64,000 nucleotides of DNA from Nageia nagi (Eukaryota > Plantae > Pinophyta). Positions 53,873 through 64,000 of the stretch are shown one piece after another. Below the pieces are notes generated by a model. It was not told the DNA's origin. It saw only the letters and a program-made list of their open reading frames with translations, and ran no database searches. Location of the stretch: positions 53,940,001 to 54,004,000 of the forward strand of contig JBITNC010000001.1 of NCBI GenBank assembly GCA_050084985.1, given 5' to 3'. The position numbers and the translations under genes are program-made. Each line of letters opens with the position of its first letter. Position 1 is the stretch's first letter.

Positions 53873-56800
53873 ATCTCCAAAAACTCAAAATGATAAGAAC
53901 ATTCCTAGTGCACCTAAGCTCCCCATGTGTGCCTTTTTATATTTTATTTTCATTAGTTCTAAGTGTTTATTGCTTAATAATTTTTTTTGGGGGCAATTAT
54001 TAACCATCACTTATTAAAACAAAAATTGGGGCAGTTAAAAATCATTGCTCATAAACTGCCTCAAATTATTCTTCCTCTAATGCTCTTTTTTGGTCTAGTG
54101 AACATACACTTATCAATAAAAATGGAGTGGTTGAAAGAAATAAAGAACAATTATTTAGATGGTTCGATGTATGTTGGAGGAGATAAGACTATCTAACAAG
54201 TTGTGGGGTGAGGTTTTTCATACTACAATGTATATACTTAATTATTATTCTACAAAGGTAATGCAATATTACACTCCCTTTGAAGCTTAGTTTAGAAACA
54301 AACCAAGTATCTCTCACATAAGGATGTTTTCCTCTACTTGTTATGTGCATGCTCCTAAGGAGAATAGGAAAAAATGGATGAAAAATCCATTAAGTGTATC
54401 TTAGTTGGATACTCTATTGAATCCAAATACTATAGGTGTTATGATCTAATTTCTTGAAAGTTGTATATTAGTTGGGATGTGATCTTCAATAAAGTAGGAT
54501 CATACAAAAAGGAGGATGATAATATTGGAATCACTATAGATTTAAAATACTCTAGTTATAATGAACATTTTGAGCCATTACAGCCCTAACAAGCCAACAC
54601 TCTAGAGGCAAGTTCACCTTCTAGGAAGAAAAGGATCACTAGGGATCATCCACAATCTTAGATGTTGGATAAATACTTCACAAGAAGGGTCATAAGATAA
54701 TAATCAAAGTAAGGTGGTCATTTAATTAATTATGCTTTGATGTTCTCTCTTTTGTTAAGCCTTCCAACTTCGAAGAAGCAATAGAAATTGAGTATTTAAG
54801 AAAGGTCATGGAAGATGAAATAGAACAAATTCATAATAATGACTCTTGGGATTTTTTCCTTCCTCCAAAAGGTAACACCATCATTGGTGTCAAGTGGATT
54901 TACAAGCTACAGTATAATGTTTATGGTAGTATCTTCAAGTAGAAAGCTTGCTTAGTGGTAAAATGTTATGCATAGAAATAAGGATTAGATTACGGAGAGA
55001 TATTTGCACCAATTACAAGACTTGAGATAGTCATATCTCTTCTAGCATTAGCTTCCTATTTTGATCTTTTTATTTAGTAAATGGAAGTAAAATTAACCTT
55101 TTTAAATGTATAATTAAATAAATAATTATATGTGGATCATCCATAAGGATTCACCATTCCAAAAATGAAGATAAAGTGTACATATTGAAGAAAGCTATTT
55201 ATGGGCTCAAACAAGCACATAGAATTTGGTACTCTAAAATTGGCACATATTTAGTGAAAGCCACATTATACACAAAGGTAAGTGGAACTGATTTCATCAC
55301 CATTTATTTGTATATTAATGATATTATATTCATGAGTACTTCCCATACCTTTTTGAAGTAATTTAAAATTGTCATGGTGAATGAGTTTGAGATGAGTAAT
55401 TTGGGTAAAATGGAATATTTTCTTGATATGCAAGTGAAACAGTCATCTAGTGGTATTTTTATCACTTAAACAAAATATGTTGAATACCTTTTGGTTATAA
55501 TTTCCATGAAGAACTACAAACCAATTACTACATTAATAGGTGTTAATTGCAAATTAATGAAAGAGGACACTAATCCTCTTGTTGATGCAACCTTGTACAT
55601 TTCTCTTGTTGGTAGTTTGATGTATCTCACAACTATAAGACTTGGTATTATATTTGTAGTTATTTTAGTAATGAGATTCATGCATTCTCCACATGAATCA
55701 TATTGGGAAGTAGCAAAGATAATTCTTTGGTATGTAAGTGGTACAAAAATTTTAGTTTGTGGTATAAACCCATTAATTTTGATAATCTTGAAGCATACAC
55801 AAATGTTTATTGGGTTAGAAGTATTGATTATTAGAAAAGCAAATCCAAATATGCCTTCTTTGATAAACCCTTAATTTCTTAGAGTAGTAAGCAACATATG
55901 GTTGCTCTTTGCATTGCTAAAGTAGAACATATGGTTTCCTCCTCTACTTGCATTAAATCCATTTGGATTGCTAGAGTATTTGAAGACTCGGGCATAAAAA
56001 TTAGCTAGCATAGTATAATTCGTTATGATAACACTAACACCATTGCAATGATAAAGGATCTAGTTTTTCATAGTCAGAGAAAGCATATAGACATTCACCA
56101 TCACTTTATAAGAGACTTAGTGAAGGATGAATTCATTGAATTTAAATCATGTAAGTCAAAAGATCAACTTACAAATATCTTCATTAAAGCACTAACAAAA
56201 TATTGATTTCTCAATCTTTAGAATCGAATTGAAATTCAAACCATTCACATTAAGAGGGAGAATGAACGAAAATGATGCTCCATGATTTGAATATTTAGAT
56301 TTTGACATCAACAATTTTGTCATATCTCTCTCTCGCCAATGGCTACTACCAGACTATTATTTCAATCACCCAGTTTAATTTTTGTTGCTTGAATGTAGTT
56401 AATATTGTAATTCTCACAATCTAATCTTGTTAATATCATATATTCATCTATTACAAGGACATGGGCATCCATAACTTCATTTATATTTTTTCTTGACTTC
56501 TTGGGCAAATTTTATCTTTTAGTCAGATTTTATTTAGTGTAAATAGTCAATCTTCTTGAAAAATATATGTAAAGGGATATTTTCCCTCATTTTATGGTAA
56601 TCTTGCATTTATTCTACAATAGTAATAGCAAGAAATATTGCTCTACAACTCTTTTATATGGATTTGTGGTGTGCTTTCTTTTCTAGGCATGTTTGTATAA
56701 GAAAACACTTGTATATCTTTGCATAAGTAATCTAGAGAAAAATGAATATGATATTCAACTATTGGTGTAATTTAAATAGGTGAGTATTTATTATTTTTTC

Positions 56801-59800
56801 ATTTATGCAATAGATTTAGATATTTTCATGGTTGTCCCAAACAACCTCTTCTTTAGATCAATTTTCTTTTAGAGGTTATAAGTTTCATTCTAGAACTCCT
56901 TTTGATGTGATTATTTTTGTGTTGGATAAATGGTTCCAATACCTTTCCAACCATATATATAATTACATACATTTTTTTTCATATCATTCTCAAAAATTAT
57001 GATTTTTAGACCTATATTTATGTAGTCCTACTTAGTAAGCCCCATGAAGTGTTTTAATTCAAGTTGAGTTTGACCAATTTATTCTCTTTTATATGCTTGT
57101 CACATCCAAGTAATAACTAATACCATATATTTTTTCTCATAACCTATGCACATCATTACGTTGCTACAAACAACTTGAAAAATGCATAAGAATCCATATT
57201 ATAAGAATTAATATTCGCACTATTTATTAACCAAATAGTATCAAAGCTACTACTTAACCAAATAATATTGAAGCTACTACTTAACCAATAAATCATCATG
57301 AACCAATTCTCACTATTTCTTAACCCAATAGCACCAACGAGAACTATAAGAATCCTTGATATCCTTCAATGAATTCTAAAGGATCTTTTCCATACATATG
57401 ATCATAATAGGAACTATGGGACTTAGTGTTGACTTGGCTTAACTCAAGTATGATTATTATGATCTTGGTCATATACCTATTTGTTCTCCAAATTCACAAT
57501 CCTATTTTGAACAATCTTAAGGTTGGAAGTTCTCTCAGTTGGGTAAATGATCAAAGTAAATCATTCTTAGATCTACTCCAATACTTTTTTTCTAAATAGG
57601 TTCATTCATGCCACATCCCTTGGCTTGGTTTTTTGTGTATTTGAAATACACTTAAGAAACTTCACCTTAAGTACTAGGACTATTGTATTTAGACCTCTAC
57701 TTACTACCTATTCTCAATGGATCAAACCATATCCATTTCCCAAAAATTATTATATACTTGGTTAAAATCATTGTTGAATAATTCAATAGATAAATACTTA
57801 TCATTTGTAGTTGCAGTGTTGTAGGTCAATATTAAATTTATTTATTTCACTAAATATAATTTATTTTCAGCTACAAGTATTTATCTTGTTGACTAGTTGT
57901 AAAAGCTTAATCTCTTACTTTCTTTGAGAGTTTTTAATTACTTTTGATGATATATGTTTGGGCAGACTTGCCTTATTAATCATTCACATCCATTTGGAAG
58001 GACTATCCTTTATAACTATGAACTTAGACCAATAAGTTCATTCATTTGATTTTGCCAGAGAAAAAGATCAAACATGATTAATGATTACCATTTTTATTTT
58101 ATTTATTGTTGGTTCAATAATCTTATTATTATTCAATAAAATACCATACTAGAAACTTTGGTTTACGCTTTGCATATGTGATCTAAGTTTCTTTCTCATA
58201 GTATAAACATTATAATTAAGTTGAAAAACTATAGAGGACTAATATCATTGAGATTTCTTTTTTATAGAAATCTTTCAATGTTCCTATATTACATTCTGAA
58301 ATGGAAAATACTTTGAACTTTCATAAAGCTTTAATCAAATTCCATGCTTACTTTGATGAGATCATATTTACATTAGCAAAAGTAGGAGGATATATCTCAC
58401 TACATCTTCCTACTACATCATTAAAATATTTTCTTGATATTTCCCATTACAATATTTGTTAGGAACAAATAGCCTCATCATAACATGTTATCGATTATCA
58501 AAGTTTTCATGAAACCTTACAACATATTGCATTAGTGATTTCAACAATCAGAAAGATCCATAAATTGTAATTATAAACAATCCAAATATGGGTCATGAAT
58601 TAGTACAAAAGTATTATTAAACTTGCAAGAAACATTCTTAGTATAACCATTAATCAATTTCGAGATTTGTACCAATTTACATAGTAAATGAAATCAAGAA
58701 GTAATGCAGACATTCAGAGTTGAGGAGTTCATTCTTCCATGAAAATTAGGTTATCTCTCAATCAATGGGATAGTGTGTTATCTCATTGGTTCTTACACTA
58801 TCCCCCCTTGAACTTATTGGAGCTTTCACTTCATGCACATACAACACTCAACAAGCAAACATGCATAGCCTACATGATGTCAACCTCATAGACTTCGAGG
58901 CTATAAAATATGCCTATATGATTTAGATAAATGATCATGAATGATCAATATGATATATTTCTAAATTTTAGATTAAAGGAAAGCTTCCTTTATTAATTTA
59001 CTCAAGTGTAAGGGGATGTGAAACTATGATGTATCAAACCATATATTATCCTTTTTTTTCATAATGTTATTATAAAATGAAGCAAGGCAGTAATATGTAA
59101 ATGCTAAACTAATGCATCCATTATATTCTTTATGCTGAAGGTAAAACTCATAAGATCATCATGGTAATATATTATTTTATTTAATTCCAGGGCATATAAA
59201 ATAATACGTGTAAGAGGTTACTTCATTGTCTATTAGAATGTTTGTTATATGTAAAGAATAGGATCAAAACAACAATATGTTAAAAGTAAATTCATATGTA
59301 TGAAGAGGCCATAACTAATTTACCTTTGTGACTATTCAAAATATATTCATGTAAGTAATTGTACAATAGAAAAGATGTATGTATGGGAAGCACAATGCTT
59401 TAATAAAATGTAGCCATGTTTAGTAATATATCAACGATGTATGAACAAGAATGAGCAATTATTTTAGTAAATAACATGCATTACTAATGTGTATTTATGA
59501 ACAACAAAACATAGTAGAAGGAAAGAGTCAATAAGTCACCAATATTTTCCGTTCTCGTAGAATAAAATATCAACAATATTGTACTCGAATAAAGTGATAA
59601 ATCATTTGGCAATGTCTCATCGATATGCAGCCTTATTCAGCCTTATATTTAAAAATATGCCTTTGTGAAATGGTGTGTAAATGAAAACATTGTTTGTGCA
59701 CATAAAAAGAACAATAATTTATCCATTAAGTTGCCTCATTAATAAAATGTTGATTAAGTATGAACAAAATTGCGTAATGGAATAGTTAACTATATATAAA

Positions 59801-59859
59801 TATGTCTAAACTGAAAAACTTTAACCATAGTATATGTATAAGAAAGGGAAGCCAATACG

Positions 59860-60735
59860 CCTCTACAAATTGCAGTCATGATACAGTGTGTTCACAAGAA
59901 CAAGGATAACAATTATATAACAATTGTACAAGGGATAGTAATAAATTGTTTGGCATTGGTCCTTAGTAAAATGAAGTCATATAGAACAGTAAATATTCAG
60001 GATATTTTAGAAAATCAATTGGTATAATGCCTCAAACAAATGTAGACATCTTATAATCAAGTGAACGGTATTAATGAGCATTTTGTCGAATAGTTGTAGG
60101 AAGACGTAGTCCAGAATACAACCTCACAAAAATGATAAGTTCTCGTTATGTACTATAAAAATCGTTGAATGGTTTTTGGCTTTTATTCTATTCCTTGTTA
60201 GTGATCTACCCTCAAAATTCAGCTTCAATCGTGATAATATGAAGAAGTTATGTACAAAATACAAACAACACATTTTCCAAAATTTTAAAAAAGAAAGTGA
60301 TGAATTTCACCGACTAATCTAGATGGCATAGACTCATATACTTACATGGAAGTGATTATAAATGAAGGCTTAATCACTATCTGAACAAACATAGACCCGA
60401 GAAAAACCTAACCAAATGAAATAATTTGTGCAATACCCACAAATTGTTTGATATGATGCATAATCCAGATGCAGAGCAGGATACACCCAAAACTAATTTT
60501 TCTTAAGGAGGTTGCAGATTGTTTGACAAAATACCAAATTAAATATAGTCCGATGGGATGTAGTAATTCTAATTATTCACACAATGTCTACTCGTAATTT
60601 AACAAATGCCTCATCAAAATGTTAACATATATGACTTTAATTTCAGCACAGAGGATACAATAAAAATGAAGACAAGAAGTAATTTTCAAAGAAATCCTAT
60701 TCGACATCAGCACAATATCAGGAGCAGGATACCAA
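59860..60735 (+). pseudogene. Possible very degenerate PPR (S-motif array) remnant
   Basis: EGCRLFDKIP-like and NIVRWDVVI at 60510-60570, MPQTNV at 60027, MPHQNV at 60606; frameshifted throughout. Confidence 0.4.
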
Positions 60736-60755
60736 ACTTCAAAAACGAACAAAAC

Positions 60756-60820
60756 GTAGGGTAATAAATGGCTTACTTGGTCATAAAATATAGGGCAATA
60801 AATGGCTTACTTGGCCATAA
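60756..60820. repeat. Tandem duplication of about 33 bp
   Basis: taggg(t/c)aataaatggcttacttgg(t/c)cataaa twice. Confidence 0.85.
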
Positions 60821-60991
60821 ATTGAACTAACAAAATCACAGATTGTGCCTATAGACATTCTTCTCAAACGCTCCTTTAAACTCTTTGGCTAAATCTCATG
60901 CCTCTGCCAGAAGAAACCCTTTTCTATTTCTACCATGAAAACAAGATAAATTTCAAGATTTTCTGAATTTCCTTCCAAATCAAAATTTAAA

Positions 60992-61522
60992 GTGAAAATA
61001 TCCAAAATACCCTTATAATTTTACATAATATCAAAAATACCTCTATATTTTTTGAAATATCAAAAATACTTTCAGAGAAAAAAATAAAAAGAAAATTAAA
61101 TACATGAATAAATATAAGAAAAACTCTATTAAACTAAAAATAATATATTTTATATAATATAATATAATATATTTGCTATCAATGAAATATAAATATATAC
61201 TATTTAAATTATTGAAAATATAATATAATAAATTATTTAAAGCTTTTCATGTACACAATTCTTTAAAGGGATAATATCCAAAAAAAATATTACATGAAAA
61301 TGTATTAAATAATTAATTATATTTTATTTTTATTAATTTAAATAGTATATATTTATATTTAATTAATACTTAATATATTATAGTATATTAGAAAAACTAT
61401 ATTATCTTAATTTGATAATAGCTATCATATTTCATATTTATTTATGTATTTATTTTTATTTTTATCTTCAAGGGTATTTTTGATATTATATGAAATTACA
61501 AGAGTATTTTGGATATTTTTCC
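60992..61522. mobile_element. Mutator-type foldback MITE (531 bp)
   Basis: Arms of about 250 bp are inverted (gaaaatatccaaaatac / gtattttggatattttt inward to tttcatgta / tacatgaaa); 9-bp TSD AAATTTAAA / AAATGTAAA. Confidence 0.85.
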
Positions 61523-63099
61523 AAATGTAAACCCTCTAAAATTCATATCCGAAGGAGGATTCACCATTAAATGCAAAGATTTCAATCAACCGTTGGAGGA
61601 GATCAATGTTATAAATCGTAACATCAAAATAACCAATATTCTATAGAGCATTCTAATAATCAAATTTCCCTTTTCATTGATATTTTGGTGATTCTATGGT
61701 TTTTATAAGGTGTACATGCTTAGAGGTCGCCCTGACACCCTTTATTTATTATTTACATGTAATTTAACAATAGTTTCCCTAGTCTGCAAACCTCATACAT
61801 TATGTTACTATAAAATAATTATTATGCCTTATGCCAATGTAACAATATATTATGCCTTTTGTAATGTAATCGCAATTAAATTATTATTCAAATTGCATAA
61901 TTTCAACAATATACATCGAGTATTTAAAAGGCATTATGATATTATATCTTTTCTATGCCTTGAATGCAATTATACCTTTTTAAGGTTTAACCTTGAATAT
62001 ATGTGGTGTATCATGTGTGATATCATTTATAATATTTCAAATGTATACAAGATGATTATATGCATATTGTAGGTTTGAAAATTCAAGGAGTGTTCCAATT
62101 CCATGAAATATTTTAAAATAATTGAATGTTACCTATGATACTACTTGTTTTGAGTAAATGGAGGTAAGCATTATTTTTCTAATGTAAGAATGGTGTTACA
62201 AAGATCTAAGTGATAAAAATGAGAAATGCAAGTAAGGGAAACCATGATACAGTTTTACCATCTATTTCGAGCATGATGTGCACTTTTGACTTGAAAAGAG
62301 ATCATCCTTGAAAACTTGTATCTCGCAAAATAAAATCCTTTAATAGTACTTATGCAATCATCGATACTATCAATATAATTGCAACATTAAAATATGATAA
62401 ACATATTTTCATTCAATCAAAGTACAAAAATATCATCAAACAATTACTAAGTTTAACCAGTATGAAGCATACTCCTAACATATAGCCTTAAGTGTTCTCA
62501 AACGTGGGGTCTTGAGAGGTGGGCCATGATAATGTCCTCATCCTTTACTATTGGATAGATCTTTTCATGTCATTTCCAATAGTATCTAACACTCATATAT
62601 TCTAATAAATGTTAACTAATTTACATCACTTTTTTGTGACTATTAATAACTAGATTCATATCTATCTTGAAGCTAGACTTTATCTTTGTCCCATACTTGG
62701 ATCTTATATTACTAATGTTAGCTTCTCAATAACCCCAGACATCATACATATTTACCTTCTATCCATTCAGAAGGCCTATATATAGCTTGAAAAGCTCTAT
62801 ATTTACCCTGAGAAATTCAAATTCAATTTTCCAAAGATTAGTAGCATTGTTTGAGGTGTGTGAGTACTTGTTGGAAAGGTATTTTCAATATCTATCTAAC
62901 CATATTAAAAAAAAATTGATGTTTAGGAGAATTTTATTTTATTTTATAGCCTCTAAAAGTATCGATGGTTGTATCATCCCCAGATCACTAAATTTGGCTC
63001 GAGCACCTTAAAATCTTCACTTAATATGTATGGGTATCAACAAAATAAATTATGAAAACTTGATGATAACATGTTGAAATCCATTAGATATAAATTCTA

Positions 63100-63240
63100 A
63101 GGAAACTTACCAAAATACCCCTGTAAGTTCATGAAATTACTAAAATACCCCTCAATCTTTAAAAATTACCAAAATACCCCTATAAGTTCATGAAATTACC
63201 AAAATTACTCAAAGTATTAATAATATTTCTTTACTAAATA
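63100..63240. repeat. One arm of a related Mutator-type TIR with tandem aaattaccaaaatacccct units
   Basis: Four to five copies of the aaaataccc motif also present in the MITE at 60992; no partner arm in the window. Confidence 0.6.
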
Positions 63241-63244
63241 TAGA

Positions 63245-63620
63245 AAGTTCATTGTCACAACTAGTGAATAAATGCTAATCTCATACTAGATTTCTTAAGA
63301 AAGATGTGAACTTTATTTGAGATAAAGAATATCAAGAATCCTTTGAAAATATCAAGACATGTTCTTTTCTCACCTATTCCAATACGTTATATTTCATGTA
63401 AACCTCTGTTAGTGTGTATATTTAAGATACTATGCATACATTAAATGGCTTATTTGCACAAAATAATGATGAAGAAAAAAAAAACAAAAAATTACTATTT
63501 CAACAAAATTCTAATTTATTATGAAGTTAAATATTTTTCCTATTGAGAAATTGGTGTTTATCTATTGTATTTGCAATAAAAAAATATAGACACTAAATTG
63601 TAAACTATGATACAAATATA
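63245..63620 (+). pseudogene. Gypsy (Tat/Ogre-like) RT-connection/RNase H remnant
   Basis: FLKKDVNFI*DKEYQESFENIK; LFAQNNDEEK; YEVKY...IEKL. Confidence 0.65.
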
Positions 63621-64000
63621 ATCCTAGGATTTCACTTGTTGATGAAAACGTTCAATTTAAACGTGAAGACCTTGATTAAATTTCAAAAGCTCATAATTCT
63701 AATAATATATCAAACCAACATTATCAATTACATATAAAAATATATATTATTATCAAAATTAATTTTTAAACCTTATTTATTAAATATAAATGTAAATTGA
63801 ATAATGTTTTGCCTAGAATCCAATTTACATTTTATTAGATGAATATCAATCAACATATGAGTAATTGGAAATCAATTAGCAGATACTTTGATTTCATGAG
63901 TATGTTATGAATTGAGGACCTATTTCTTCCACGTGGCATAGTCTTATCCGCTCTTTCTGGTTGCAATTAATTAGTAATGATTGAATTTGTTTAATATCCG

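Larger units (their letters stand above)
33984..54100. mobile_element. CACTA (En/Spm) DNA transposon, non-autonomous, carrying PPR gene fragments (Pack-CACTA)
   Basis: TIRs CACTAGACCAAAAA / TTTTTGGTCTAGTG; perfect 3-bp TSD AAC (33981-33983 / 54101-54103); ggggcaatt-type subterminal repeats at both ends; splits the host integrase. Confidence 0.95.
22970..56250 (+). pseudogene. Copia gag-pol copy 2 in four pieces: 22970-23768, 31103-31530, 33436-33983, 54104-56250
   Basis: Removing the three insertions restores gag, the Zn knuckle (…DHIEKQCFKK), protease (YLDSGFSNHIS), integrase (ELMHANICVPM...TNNSGEF | NGVVER), RT (IIGVKWIYK, YGLKQAHRIWYSKI, LYINDII) and RNase H in Copia order. Confidence 0.9.
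57098..62531 (+). mobile_element. Highly decayed Ty3/Gypsy-derived insertion in LTR3
   Basis: Starts TGTCACATCC; PBS-like tagtatcaaagc at 57236; faint RT (57960-58230), RNase H (58480-58890) and integrase (59100-59350, 61580-62200) motifs; purine tract gagaggtggg at about 62514. Possible TSD atgct / atgtc. Confidence 0.5.
11372..63019 (+). mobile_element. Tandem three-LTR Ty1/Copia element (LTR-int-LTR-int-LTR) hosting all nested insertions
   Basis: Starts TGAAAG at 11372, ends CTTCA at 63019; flanks TTTAA (11367-11371) / CTTAA (63020-63024). Three homologous LTRs of about 1.3 kb, two PBS, two PPT and two gag-pol copies. Confidence 0.8.
56263..63019 (+). repeat. LTR3 of tandem Copia, split as 56263-57097 and about 62537-63019
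   Basis: Follows PPT aagagggagaa (56252-56262); both parts are colinear with LTR1/LTR2; not followed by a PBS. Confidence 0.88.

Noticed and set aside
61710-63011. ORFs 61710-62072 and 62787-63011 as host genes
   Set aside because: The first overlaps decayed Gypsy-like sequence with no clear domain; the second lies within LTR3.

Overview
AT-rich, heavily decayed plant repeat DNA, most likely conifer (inferred from a Dryad-type Penelope element and the style of the PLS-PPR fragments). I see no intact protein-coding gene; almost everything resolves into nested transposons, most with readable termini and target-site duplications (TSDs). The backbone is one Ty1/Copia insertion (11372-63019, TSD TTTAA/CTTAA) with a tandem LTR-internal-LTR-internal-LTR layout, sitting in an old L1 LINE. 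About 10 kb of its own sequence has been inflated to about 51.6 kb by five main classes of insert: (i) a truncated Penelope/Dryad GIY-YIG element with a decayed minimal hammerhead ribozyme; (ii) a gag-protease-only Gypsy element (TSD TGGTT); (iii) a non-autonomous Copia (TSD ATGAT) and a solo LTR; (iv) a 20-kb CACTA transposon (TSD AAC) containing another Copia (TSD CAAAG), a TnpA remnant and many shuffled PLS-class PPR gene fragments in both orientations; (v) a very decayed Gypsy carrying a Mutator-type MITE and further PPR-like remnants. The most interesting items are the PPR-loaded CACTA with inverted copies of an in-frame 111-bp chimeric PPR repeat, the three-LTR Copia, and the Dryad ribozyme fossil. 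All alignments were done by eye; no percent identities were computed.
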